A DNA stretch of 64,000 bases from Candidatus Omnitrophota bacterium (GTDB taxonomy: Bacteria > Omnitrophota > Gorgyraeia > Zapsychrales > JAHFFX01), in NCBI GenBank assembly GCA_023247725.1, contig JAHFFW010000014.1, positions 783-64,782 of the forward strand, given 5' to 3'. How positions within the stretch are numbered: position 1 is the first letter of the stretch; every line of letters begins with the position of its first letter. Made by a program: the position numbers and the translations under genes. Of this stretch, positions 1-9,577 are shown in pieces. The notes beneath the pieces are model-generated. The model made no database searches. It saw only the letters and a list, made by a program, of their open reading frames with translations, and was not told the DNA's origin.

Positions 1-777
1 GAACTTCTTGGCGATGCGTGGGAGCCGTTTGCCTACGGACAGAAGGCCTACGCCTTTCATATCGCCTGCAAATTCAAGATCCCGCTTATTTTTTACGGCG
101 AAAGCGGCGAGATTGAATACGGCGGCTCGACGAAAAATCTGGACACACCGGCAGAACCGATTTCCGACTGGAAAGATTTCTATTATAAAGGCTCGGGCAT
201 TGATGAATTGCTTGAACACGGACTCAAGGCGGGTTTGTTGACCGAGGATGAATTAAAAAACCATCGCCTTGAGCTTTACCGGCCGCCGAGTCCGCAGGAT
301 TTGGAAAAGGTGAATCCCCAGATGCATTGGTTTTCGTTTTATAAAAAATGGGTGCCGCAGGAAAATTATTATTATGCCGTCGAACATACCGGATTTCAGG
401 CCAACTTCGACGGCCGTTCCGAAGGGACGTACTCTAAATACGCGAGCCTGGATGACAAGACCGATGGATTCCATTTTTTCCTCGCCTACATCAAATTCGG
501 CATTGCCCGCGCCACCTCGGACGCCGCCCATGAAATCCGCGACGGCCATCTGACGCGCGACGAAGGGATTGCGCTCGTGCACCGCTATGACGGCGAATTC
601 CCCAAAAAGTATTTCAAAGAATTCCTGGAATATCTGGATATCCGCGAAAAAGAATTCTGGGAGGTCATTGATTTTTACCGGACACGGTCACCGCATTTAT
701 GGGAAAATAAAAATGGCGAATGGATTTTAAAATACCGGGTCAGCTCCCTATCTCAAAAAGATCAGGTTCTCTTATGA
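1..777 (+). CDS. N-acetyl sugar amidotransferase (PP-loop ATPase superfamily, WbuX-like), 5'-partial
   Basis: Frame 1 is open from base 1 to the stop at 775-777, so the N-terminus lies upstream of the window. The C-terminal region (FYKKWVPQENYYYAVEHTGFQANFDGRSEGTYSKYASLDDKTDGFHFFLAYIKFGIARATSDAAHEIRDGHLTRDEGIALV) matches my memory of LPS-locus N-acetyl sugar amidotransferases. Confidence 0.55.
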   Translation, partial: ELLGDAWEPFAYGQKAYAFHIACKFKIPLIFYGESGEIEYGGSTKNLDTPAEPISDWKDFYYKGSGIDELLEHGLKAGLLTEDELKNHRLELYRPPSPQDLEKVNPQMHWFSFYKKWVPQENYYYAVEHTGFQANFDGRSEGTYSKYASLDDKTDGFHFFLAYIKFGIARATSDAAHEIRDGHLTRDEGIALVHRYDGEFPKKYFKEFLEYLDIREKEFWEVIDFYRTRSPHLWENKNGEWILKYRVSSLSQKDQVLL

Positions 778-1871
778 AGGATGTAGAAAAATTATTCATC
801 ACCCTCAGCACCTCGCTCAAGAAGACCATCTTCGTGATCCAGGAAGGCGGGGTCGGGATTGCCCTGATCGTTGATCGGCAAAAAAAACTTTTGGGCACTA
901 TCACCGACGGGGATATCCGCCGATCCATTTTGAACCGGATTCCGCTTAACGCCAAAATCGCCAAGGTTCTTAAGAACAAACGCCTGCATCATCCTTTGCC
1001 GACCTGCGCGCGGGTGGGCACACCTCATGAGGAACTCCTGGCGATCATGAAAGAAAAGGTTTTGCGGCAGATTCCATTATTGGATGAGGGAGGACGGGTC
1101 GTGGAATTGGCGCTTTTATCGGAGATCATTGAAGAGGAATTTTTTTTGCCCTTAACCGCGGTCGTGATGGCCGGCGGCAAAGGACGGCGATTGCTGCCGT
1201 TGACCGAAGATGTTCCCAAGCCCATGCTCCTTTTGCAGGATCGCCCGCTCATGGAGCACACGATTGAGCATTTGAAAAATGCCGGGATCCGCAAGGTCAA
1301 TATTAGCACTCATTACAAATCTGAAATGATCGTGAACCACTTTGGCAATGGCGACCGGTTTGGGGTGGACATCGAATACATCAATGAAAAAGAACCCTTG
1401 GGCACCGCCGGCGCCTTAAGCCTCATGACTAAACCCGACAAGCCGGTGCTCATCATCAACGGCGATATCTTGACGCGATTGGATTTCCGGGCCATGTTCG
1501 ATTTCCATAAAAACCACGAGGCGGTCATGACGGTCGGCGTGCGCAAATACGATTTGGAAATTCCTTTTGGCGTCGTCGAGACCGACGACATTTTGATCAA
1601 AGCGCTCGTTGAGAAACCCCAGCAGGCCTTTATCGTGAACGCCGGGATTTATCTTCTGGAGCCGGAGGCCTACGATTACATCCCCAAGCGTCAGCGCTTT
1701 GACATGCCGGAATTAGTCCGCTGCCTCATCAACGCGGCGCAGCGGGTCATTTGTTTTCCGATCCAGGAGTATTGGCTGGATGTGGGCCAGAGCCGGGATT
1801 ATCGGAAGGCGAAGAGGGATGTTGTGGCGGGAAAGATAGGAAGTAAAACTGAAGAGGGAATTAGGGATTAG
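774..1871 (+). CDS. CBS-pair domain protein fused to a sugar-phosphate nucleotidyltransferase
   Basis: ATG at 774 overlaps the upstream stop (ATGA). The N-terminal half has CBS-like segments. The C-terminal half carries the NTP-transferase glycine-rich motif MAGGKGRRLLPLTEDVPKPML and LGTAGAL. Confidence 0.7.
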   Translation: MKDVEKLFITLSTSLKKTIFVIQEGGVGIALIVDRQKKLLGTITDGDIRRSILNRIPLNAKIAKVLKNKRLHHPLPTCARVGTPHEELLAIMKEKVLRQIPLLDEGGRVVELALLSEIIEEEFFLPLTAVVMAGGKGRRLLPLTEDVPKPMLLLQDRPLMEHTIEHLKNAGIRKVNISTHYKSEMIVNHFGNGDRFGVDIEYINEKEPLGTAGALSLMTKPDKPVLIINGDILTRLDFRAMFDFHKNHEAVMTVGVRKYDLEIPFGVVETDDILIKALVEKPQQAFIVNAGIYLLEPEAYDYIPKRQRFDMPELVRCLINAAQRVICFPIQEYWLDVGQSRDYRKAKRDVVAGKIGSKTEEGIRD

Positions 1872-1941
1872 GGGATTAAGGGAATTAGGGTTAACCTAAA
1901 TCAAAATTCCCCAAAGCCCCTTAGCCTGATTCTTAATTATC

Positions 1942-3135
1942 ATGAAAAATAAATTAAATACCAAAAACATTTCCCTCTGCGAACCCGAGATTCGCGGCAA
2001 CGAATGGAAATACATCAAGGAATGCCTCGACACCGCCTGGGTTTCCTCCGTCGGTGGATTTGTGGATCGCTTTGAGAAGGCGGTTGCCGATTATGTTGGA
2101 GCGAAATATGCGGTCGCCTGCGTCAACGGAACCGCCGGCTTGCATGTGGCGCTCGTGGCTTGCGGCATTGAACCCGGTGATGAAGTTTTGGTGCCTTCCT
2201 TGAGTTTCATCGCACCGGCGAATGCGGTTCGTTATTGTGGCGGCTGGCCGGTTTTTATAGACGCCGATCCCCAGACCTGGCAGATGGATCCCGAAAAGGT
2301 GAAGGAATTCCTTGTCAAGGATTGTCGTCTTGCCGGCCGAACCTTGATCAACCGACGGACAAAGAGGCCCGTGCGCGCGATTTTGCCGGTTCATGTCCTG
2401 GGGCACCCGGTGGACATGAAACCCATTCTGACCCTGGCAAAAAAGTTTGGCTTGGACGTCATCGAAGATGCGACCGAGAGCCTGGGATCAAAATACCGAG
2501 GCAGACACACGGGCACATTCGGCGATGTGGGTGTCTTTAGTTTCAACGGCAACAAGATCATCACCGCCGGCGGCGGGGGAATGATTGTGACCAATAACCG
2601 CCGCCTCGCCGAGCGAATCCGTTATCTGACCACTCAGGCAAAAGACGATGCCATTGAATATATCCACGGAGCGATCGGTTTTAATTATCGATTGACCAAC
2701 ATTCAGGCGGCGCTTGGCGTCGCGCAGATGGAGCAGCTGGAAAATTTTGTCGACGCCAAGCGCCGCCTCGGCGAGCGTTACGCAAAAGCGTTAAAGGCCA
2801 TTCCCGGAGTTACCCTGCCGGCGCAGGCACCGTGGGCCTTGACGAATTTTTGGTTGTACACCATTCTCATCGATCGCGAAATTTATGGCAAAAGCTCGCG
2901 AGAGTTGCTGGCGGATTTGAATAGGCAAGGAATTGCGGCCCGGCCCTTGTGGCATCCGTTGCACTCGTTAAAAATTTTTAAAGGCAGCTATCATAACGGC
3001 ATCAAGATCGTCGATGAGCTTTATGGACGCGCCTTGAGCCTTCCATCCTCGGTGGGCCTCAAGCCCGACGAGCAGGACAGGGTCATCCAGATCATCCTCG
3101 AACAACCCAAAAAGCGCGAGAACAGACGTGGGTGA
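1942..3135 (+). CDS. DegT/DnrJ/EryC1/StrS-family PLP-dependent sugar aminotransferase (ArnB-like)
   Basis: Carries the NGTAGLHVALVACGIEPGDEVLVPSLSFIAPANAV and SFNGNKIITAGGGGMIVTNN motifs typical of sugar 3-/4-aminotransferases. A purine-rich stretch lies upstream of the ATG. Confidence 0.8.
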   Translation: MKNKLNTKNISLCEPEIRGNEWKYIKECLDTAWVSSVGGFVDRFEKAVADYVGAKYAVACVNGTAGLHVALVACGIEPGDEVLVPSLSFIAPANAVRYCGGWPVFIDADPQTWQMDPEKVKEFLVKDCRLAGRTLINRRTKRPVRAILPVHVLGHPVDMKPILTLAKKFGLDVIEDATESLGSKYRGRHTGTFGDVGVFSFNGNKIITAGGGGMIVTNNRRLAERIRYLTTQAKDDAIEYIHGAIGFNYRLTNIQAALGVAQMEQLENFVDAKRRLGERYAKALKAIPGVTLPAQAPWALTNFWLYTILIDREIYGKSSRELLADLNRQGIAARPLWHPLHSLKIFKGSYHNGIKIVDELYGRALSLPSSVGLKPDEQDRVIQIILEQPKKRENRRG

Positions 3136-4084
3136 ATTCACCTTAAAGCCCTCCATCAGTTTCGTGGTTCCCGTTTTCGATGAAGCTCCGACACTGGAAC
3201 CCTTGTTTGCGCAAATCCAGGACGTCATGCAGCCTCTCAAGCGGGGTAATTTCGAAGTCATTTTTATCGACGACGGCAGCCGCGATGACTCCTGGCAAAA
3301 AATCTCTGAACTTGTCCGACGATTTCCTTCGCGCGTGCGCGCCGCGCGCCTGCGCCGCAATTTCGGCAAGGCGCAGGCGCTCTCGGTTGGTTTTCATCTG
3401 GCGGTCGGAGAGGTCATCATCACGATGGATGCGGACCTTCAGGATGATCCGCGGGAAATTCCTCAGTTCCTTGCCAAACTCGACGAGGGATTTGATCTGG
3501 TTTCGGGATGGAAATACGAGCGTCATGACCCATTGTCGAAGACGATTCCTTCCAAATTATTCAATCAAGTGGCCCGCTGGCTCTCCGGAATTCCCTTGCA
3601 TGATTTCAACTGCGGTTACAAGGCCTATCGACAGGACGTTCTCAAAGCCATTCGGGTTTATGGTGAGCTGCACCGGTATATTCCGATTTTGGCCGACCAT
3701 GAAGGTTTCCGGATCGCCGAGATCAAGGTCCATCACAATCCTCGCACGTTCGGCAAATCGAAATACGGATGGAAACGTTATGTTCGTGGTTTTCTCGATC
3801 TTTTGACGGTCACCGCGACCACGCGTTATTTGCAGCGGCCGGGCCACTTGTTCGGCGGCATCGGTGTGACCTTTGGTCTGATCGGGTTTTCCATCCTTAC
3901 CTATCTGACGATCGTCTGGTTTATGGGCCACCGGATTGGAACCCGTCCCTTATTGGCTTTCGGAATCATGCTCTCGATCATCGCGGTCCAATTCATTTCG
4001 CTGGGGCTTATCGCCGAATTGCTGGTCCGCAATGCCGATGCCCGTCTGGAAAAATCATTGATCGTCGAGAAAACCGGCTGGTGA
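3128..4084 (+). CDS. GT2 polyprenyl-phosphate glycosyltransferase (ArnC/DPM1/GtrB-like) with C-terminal TM helices
   Basis: VSFVVPVFDE...IFIDDGSRDDS...MDADLQDDP (the DxD/DAD region) plus two C-terminal hydrophobic helices. GTG start overlaps the upstream stop. Confidence 0.75.
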   Translation: MGEFTLKPSISFVVPVFDEAPTLEPLFAQIQDVMQPLKRGNFEVIFIDDGSRDDSWQKISELVRRFPSRVRAARLRRNFGKAQALSVGFHLAVGEVIITMDADLQDDPREIPQFLAKLDEGFDLVSGWKYERHDPLSKTIPSKLFNQVARWLSGIPLHDFNCGYKAYRQDVLKAIRVYGELHRYIPILADHEGFRIAEIKVHHNPRTFGKSKYGWKRYVRGFLDLLTVTATTRYLQRPGHLFGGIGVTFGLIGFSILTYLTIVWFMGHRIGTRPLLAFGIMLSIIAVQFISLGLIAELLVRNADARLEKSLIVEKTGW

Positions 4085-4124
4085 CCCACTCTCACCCCCG
4101 GGGTGAGAGTAGGTCACGCAAATT

Positions 4125-5870
4125 ATGAACAGAGATATTTATCTCACAAGCTTCCTCGAACACACGCCCCGTTTGCTCGGTCAAATGAACGCCAATCCTG
4201 CCTCGCGGACTTATGGCTGCTGTGATCGCGCCTTCTGGCATAACGCCATCACGGTTTTTCCCAACGCCCGCTATCAAGAAGCGGCGCTGACGTTGAGTTT
4301 ATTGTTTTTGGAATTCGACACTCCCTATCGGGCAAGCCCTATCCTTCTTGAACTCATCGAGCGCACGATCGCCTTTTGGTGCAAGATTCAGGAAAAAGAC
4401 GGCTCGTTCAATGAATGGTATTTAAGAGAAGGGAGTTATGTGGCCACAGCCTTCAGTTCCTATTCCATCTCGGAAAGCCTGTTATTGCTAGGTAAGGAAC
4501 GGTTGAAGATTTTCCCGACGGCAGTGGAGGCCTTGCGCAAGGCCGGGCTGTGGCTCAAAGATCGTTCCCAAACCACCGTCAGCAATCAGCAAACCGGGGC
4601 TCTGGTCGCCTTGCAGAATATTTATTTGCTGACGGGTGAAACGGTTTTCTTGGAAGCCGCCCGGCAGTATGAAGGTCTTCTGGCTCGATCACAGGATGAG
4701 GAAGGATGGTTTAAGGAATACGCTGGCATGGATCTTGGTTATCTTTCGTTGGCCATCGACTATCTGGCCAAATATTATTCCAAAACAAACTCCTCCCGGA
4801 TCGCCATGGTCATCCATAAGGCCATTGATTTTTTGCATCATTTTGTCCTCGAAGATGGAACCGTCAGCGGGGTTGTCACCAGCCGCGAAACCGAATATTT
4901 GATCCCTCACGGTTTTGAGCTCTGGTCGGAAAAGCACGCTCCAGCGCGTTTTATCGCCGGAAGGATCCGCGAAAATCTCAAAACCAAAAAAGGCGTTTCG
5001 TTGCATTCTCTGGATGATCGATACCTCATGTATGTCGGCTATACGTATTTGCAAGCCGGGAAGGATGGGCCGGATGAACTGCCCGTCTTGCCGCGTCCGG
5101 CTATTCCATTCCAGTATCTTCCTCATGCGGGCCTGTGTGTATACCGCGCAGAAGATCTAGAATTGATCGGCAGCCTAAAAAAAACCGGGAGTTTTGTTTG
5201 CCGCGTGGGTTCAAAACGATGCGAGGATAGCGGTGTGGTGATTGATCCCTCGACTCGTACCCCGGCCATGGCCGGGGGTCCTTCGCTCGGGATGGAACCC
5301 AATAATAAGAAATCACGCGAGCAAATCCCCAAAGGGCAAGAAGAAGGTACCGCGCCCGCCTGCCGGCGAGGCAGGGGCATGCCCGTGGGGTTCCATGCCC
5401 AGAAAAAATTCTTTAGCGGATTTATGAATGAAGAGGTTCAAGTCCTTCGCATCGATGAGAAGGGTTTTGAAGTGGAAGGGAATTTTTACCAGATCAACGA
5501 AAACATCATGACTCCATTCAAAAACCTGCTGCTCAATTTATTTCAAATGACGCTCGGTCGTTTTCCCTGGCTGAACCAAACGGTTAAAGATTTTTTGCGC
5601 AAGAAGCTGATTCTGACGCAGAAGAAGAGTGCATTCAAACTCAAGCGGCGCGTGGATGTGAATTCTTCGGGGATCGCGATGACCGATGAAATCATCGGTC
5701 CCGAGTTTTCGGAGATTATTCTCGGAGCGAAGGTTTCCTTTATTTATGTCCCCTCGTCCCGCTGGTTCCAAATCGAAAATCTGGACAATCAGCCATTCCA
5801 ACGAATTCCCGTCGCAGGTGCCCATCGGTCAGCCCAAAATACATTCGTCTTCACCCGGCATTTTCCCTAA
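4125..5870 (+). CDS. hypothetical protein (possibly a heparinase II/III-like alpha/alpha-toroid fold) carrying an in-frame 150-nt repeat insertion
   Basis: Long ORF with a good start context, sitting inside the glycan cluster. The segment 5247-5396 is a palindromic repeat also present at 35049 and 59978, and it is read through in frame (DPSTRTPAMAGGPSLGMEPNNKKSREQIPKGQEEGTAPACRRGRGMPVGFH). The fold guess is weak. Confidence 0.45.
   Translation: MNRDIYLTSFLEHTPRLLGQMNANPASRTYGCCDRAFWHNAITVFPNARYQEAALTLSLLFLEFDTPYRASPILLELIERTIAFWCKIQEKDGSFNEWYLREGSYVATAFSSYSISESLLLLGKERLKIFPTAVEALRKAGLWLKDRSQTTVSNQQTGALVALQNIYLLTGETVFLEAARQYEGLLARSQDEEGWFKEYAGMDLGYLSLAIDYLAKYYSKTNSSRIAMVIHKAIDFLHHFVLEDGTVSGVVTSRETEYLIPHGFELWSEKHAPARFIAGRIRENLKTKKGVSLHSLDDRYLMYVGYTYLQAGKDGPDELPVLPRPAIPFQYLPHAGLCVYRAEDLELIGSLKKTGSFVCRVGSKRCEDSGVVIDPSTRTPAMAGGPSLGMEPNNKKSREQIPKGQEEGTAPACRRGRGMPVGFHAQKKFFSGFMNEEVQVLRIDEKGFEVEGNFYQINENIMTPFKNLLLNLFQMTLGRFPWLNQTVKDFLRKKLILTQKKSAFKLKRRVDVNSSGIAMTDEIIGPEFSEIILGAKVSFIYVPSSRWFQIENLDNQPFQRIPVAGAHRSAQNTFVFTRHFP
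5247..5396 (+). repeat. structured palindromic repeat family A, copy 1 (150 nt, inside a CDS, in frame)
   Basis: Contains the perfect palindromes cccggccatggccggg and ccacgggcatgcccgtgg plus the hairpin cctgccggcgaggcagg. Copy 2 at 35049-35198 is near-identical. Copy 3 is inverted at 59978-60105. Confidence 0.8.
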
Positions 5871-5878
5871 GAGCGTCT

Positions 5879-7486
5879 ATGAACAAAAACCGGCATCCCC
5901 ATTTCTGGCTCATGGTCGTCGGGGGGATTTTTTTTCTTGTCTGGAGCTTTCTGGCCCTACGGATGCCGCTGTGGGGCGATGAGGCTTCCCACATTGAAAC
6001 GGCCAAGGGTTTGCGGATGACCGGAGCGCCCTACGTCTGGTCCTTTGATGAAGGCAAGCTCTTATCCAACCAATACACGCGCGGGCTTTTGATTTCGCAG
6101 GCGGTTCGTTATCTTTACCGGGAAGATTCCTCATCACTGTTCGTCTACCGGCTGGTTGCGCTCATTCCAACGCTGTTGACCTTCTTGACGTTTGCTTGGT
6201 ATGTTCGCTGGCGTCATCGGGCGAGCGTCCAATTGCTTTTGACCGGCGGGATTCTGTTTTTTGCTCAATCCTTCGTTTTAGAAAACTCTTTTTACCTGCG
6301 CTTCTATGCTGCCCTGGCATGGTTAACCCTGGTCAGTCTCATCCTTTTGTGGGAAATTCCTCCTTTTTTGGCCCAAAAGAAATATTCCCGGACGGCAGTT
6401 TTATTGGGCGCCGCGATCCTCGTCATGGCGCCCATGACGCTCGATCATTGGCAAATTCAAAACTTAAGCATTTTGTTTTTGGCACTATGCTTGCGGATAT
6501 TGTTTTTAACGGATTTTGGGAAAGAGTGGATTGCGCTTTACCGACGGTGGCTTCTCGTCGGGGCCATGGTCCTTATCCTGACCGCTCCGGTGGCAACGAT
6601 CGGGATCGATTTTCTCATGAGCCATCTGGTCATTGGCAACCGCGTCATTGGCCGCAGTTTCGTTACTTATTGGGATAACTTGGTTGGGCTTCTGCGGTTT
6701 ACCTGGGCCTTGAATGTTTGCCTTGCTGGATTCTTTTTTTATCAGCGGCGACAGGCCAGGGCCTGGAATTTTTTTGAATGGTTGTTTGTAACCGGAATTA
6801 TCTCCGGTTATCTGACGGGGCTGTTGACGCCGCACAACCACATATTTTATGGGCGTTTTTTTTATGTCCCGACGGTTCTGGCCGTTTTAGGATTTTCCGG
6901 ACTCCTGAGCGAACTTTCTTCTGACTTTGTGAGAAAACAAATTCTCTTGTGTTATGTGATTCTCAATTTGCTTTTAAGCGGGCTTAACCTTTATTTCGAT
7001 CGAGGAAATATCCCGCGGGCAATATCCTGGCTTAACGCTCACTGGCAGGAGGGAGATATTTTGCTTGTCTTTCGTGGCCGGTTGCAGTTGCAGGGAGGGG
7101 CACGGCTGGCGAAAGCGGCCTACCCCATTCTTCCGACGCAAGATGCCCAAAAAGTGCATGACCTCATCCAATTCCTGAACGAACGACCAGGCCGGGAGGT
7201 TTATTTTCTTTATGACGATGAATATGAATTCCGCGATCGTTTATTTGAATTGACGACGGGAGAGAACCGATCTCCGCCCAGCGACCTTTTTCGGTATCTC
7301 AAAGATGCCATTGATGGCGAATCATTCGGCGAGGGTTTGCGGGCTTGCGGCATTAAACGATTTGATAAGGAAGCCCTCATTGCGGGGCTCCAGCGATTGC
7401 TCCGCGAAGGATTTCCCCTGAAGTACAAAGGACCAGAGAAACGATGGTGGAAAAAGAATCTGCGACATTTTTCATCGAATACCTAA
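5879..7486 (+). CDS. polytopic membrane protein, likely GT-C fold glycosyltransferase (ArnT/PMT-like)
   Basis: Has more than 10 predicted TM helices and an N-terminal loop with acidic residues (PLWGDEASH). It sits right after the DegT and GT2 genes, as in Arn-type modules. Family assignment not verified. Confidence 0.5.
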   Translation: MNKNRHPHFWLMVVGGIFFLVWSFLALRMPLWGDEASHIETAKGLRMTGAPYVWSFDEGKLLSNQYTRGLLISQAVRYLYREDSSSLFVYRLVALIPTLLTFLTFAWYVRWRHRASVQLLLTGGILFFAQSFVLENSFYLRFYAALAWLTLVSLILLWEIPPFLAQKKYSRTAVLLGAAILVMAPMTLDHWQIQNLSILFLALCLRILFLTDFGKEWIALYRRWLLVGAMVLILTAPVATIGIDFLMSHLVIGNRVIGRSFVTYWDNLVGLLRFTWALNVCLAGFFFYQRRQARAWNFFEWLFVTGIISGYLTGLLTPHNHIFYGRFFYVPTVLAVLGFSGLLSELSSDFVRKQILLCYVILNLLLSGLNLYFDRGNIPRAISWLNAHWQEGDILLVFRGRLQLQGGARLAKAAYPILPTQDAQKVHDLIQFLNERPGREVYFLYDDEYEFRDRLFELTTGENRSPPSDLFRYLKDAIDGESFGEGLRACGIKRFDKEALIAGLQRLLREGFPLKYKGPEKRWWKKNLRHFSSNT

Positions 7487-9558
7487 GCTTACAAAAGTGG
7501 TTTCGATGGGTTGGCCCGGTTTTACGGGTTGAACGTGAGAAAAATCCTCAGGCAAACCTCGTCTTGAATATCTTTGATGCCTCGCCCTTAGGCTTATTCT
7601 TGGTTTCGGTTTTGAGCCGTTGGCAGGGAATTTCGGTGCGGAAGATGAATTTCCAAATTACCGACGGGCTCGATGAACAAGGCGTTTCCATCCAATTTCG
7701 TCTGCTTTACGAGGACCTGGCCGAGCTGCAAAGATCGATCAGTCGTGATCCCGTCTTCCAGAAATTTATCCACGAGGCAGATCCCGCAGGCCGACTGCGG
7801 GAATATCTGCTCAAGTCCCCGGTCTGTGCGTATGATTACCAGGGAGCGGGAAGATTTGGCCAGGCCTGGCATGCCCTGACCTTGATTCAGGTGAGCCGCT
7901 GGTTTGCCGCCAAGCAGGGAGTCAACGATTCGATTGTTCTTTTCCTCCACGATCGTCCCTGGATGAAGCAGCTCAAGCTTTATGCTGAACGCTCCGGCGT
8001 CTCGGTATTGTCGTCGGGAACAGCTCCCAAAACCGGGTCCCGGTTCAAGAAATATGCGCGCTTGTTGACCAAGATCAAGGGAAGGACAATCCGGGCCCTC
8101 ATTCGTTATGCCGTCAAAAGCAGGATCGCCGGTACAAAGGATCAAATTCCGTTCGTTCCTTATCCGCGAATGGCCGTTGAATATTGGGGCAACCTGAACC
8201 TCGCGAAACCCGAATGCCACAGCGATCTTTTTTTCCTCAAGCGGTCGGCTTTGGAAAATCGCGACGTTTTGCTGTTATTCAATTCGATGCTCGATCCCGT
8301 GGATGAAACCAAATGGCAACTCCTGAATCTGGAGAATATTTCGGCCTTGGCGCTTTCTGTACAGGCCAGCCTTATCGACTCTTCGTTTGTTCCGGTATTT
8401 TCCCAAAAACCAAAAAATTCCAGAATCTCCCACTTCAACGTAAATTCACAAGAAAACCCAGAAATCATTTCCCTGTCCCGCGACGCCGACGAATACCTTG
8501 ATTGCAAAACCTACTGGAGAAATCTCTTTTCCCAATTCAACATTAAATTGACCACGAGCTGGTATAAGTACGACGCTCAACACATGGCGATCGCCGATGC
8601 ACTAAAGGAATTGGGAGGCATTGCCACCTTGTATCAGCGCGCCTATGAGTCAAATCCTTCCGCGGCAACGATGGCCTCGACCGATGTGCTGTTTGGATTT
8701 TCCCCTCAATCAGGCTTGATCGAACAGGAAAGCCTTTCGAATTTCTCTTATTACGTGTCCGTGGGATACATCGGCGATTATCGGTTTTCTTTTTTGCGGG
8801 AAAAGGCTCAGGGCATTCGCAGCGAACTCAGGAAGAATGGAGCCCGGCGGATTTTAGCCTTCTATGACGAAAATACCCTGGATGACGGCCGATGGTTTAC
8901 CGGGCATCAGTTTACTCGAGATAACTATGCCTTCTTGTTAAACCAATTTTTGCGCGAATCCGATTTGGGCCTGATTCTTAAACCCAAACGTCCTGATTCT
9001 TTAAAAAGCCGCCTCGGGCCGGTCGCGCGATTATTGGAAGAAGCCCAAGCGACCGGCCGTTGCTATATATATAGAGAAGAGAGGAGCTATGGCTCTTTTC
9101 CGCCAGCAGCAGCCGGGCTGGGGGCGGATATTGCCATTCATGAAGCGCTTAGTGCTGGCACCGCTGGTATTGAATCGGCGCTGGCCGGCGTTCCAACGTT
9201 ATTGCTCGACCGGGACGGATGGCCCAAGAGTCCGTTGTACAAATTGGGAAAAGGACGGATCGTTTTTACCAGTTGGCCGGAAATCTGGCAGGCTTGTTTG
9301 AATTTCTGGCAACGTCCGGAGGATTTCAGAGGAATCCTCAATTGGTCTGACATTCTCAATGAACTTGATCCTTTCCGCGATGGCCGCGCTGCCGAGCGTT
9401 TGGGGACGTATCTCAAATGGCTTTTGGAAGGATTAAAAGAAGGCCATGACCGGGAAGAAGTCATGGCCAATGCCGCAGCGCGTTATGCAAAACAATGGGG
9501 CAAAGATAAGATGATCGAAAAAAGTGCCAGCAAAAAAGCGGCCCTGAGTTTACTGTAG
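7444..9558 (+). CDS. hypothetical protein (704 aa)
   Basis: Long uninterrupted ORF co-oriented within the glycan cluster. I recognise no diagnostic motif. The start may lie downstream of 7444, since it overlaps the previous gene by 43 nt. Confidence 0.5.
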   Translation: MVEKESATFFIEYLSLQKWFRWVGPVLRVEREKNPQANLVLNIFDASPLGLFLVSVLSRWQGISVRKMNFQITDGLDEQGVSIQFRLLYEDLAELQRSISRDPVFQKFIHEADPAGRLREYLLKSPVCAYDYQGAGRFGQAWHALTLIQVSRWFAAKQGVNDSIVLFLHDRPWMKQLKLYAERSGVSVLSSGTAPKTGSRFKKYARLLTKIKGRTIRALIRYAVKSRIAGTKDQIPFVPYPRMAVEYWGNLNLAKPECHSDLFFLKRSALENRDVLLLFNSMLDPVDETKWQLLNLENISALALSVQASLIDSSFVPVFSQKPKNSRISHFNVNSQENPEIISLSRDADEYLDCKTYWRNLFSQFNIKLTTSWYKYDAQHMAIADALKELGGIATLYQRAYESNPSAATMASTDVLFGFSPQSGLIEQESLSNFSYYVSVGYIGDYRFSFLREKAQGIRSELRKNGARRILAFYDENTLDDGRWFTGHQFTRDNYAFLLNQFLRESDLGLILKPKRPDSLKSRLGPVARLLEEAQATGRCYIYREERSYGSFPPAAAGLGADIAIHEALSAGTAGIESALAGVPTLLLDRDGWPKSPLYKLGKGRIVFTSWPEIWQACLNFWQRPEDFRGILNWSDILNELDPFRDGRAAERLGTYLKWLLEGLKEGHDREEVMANAAARYAKQWGKDKMIEKSASKKAALSLL

Positions 9559-9577
9559 TCGAAGGAAAACCCAATCG

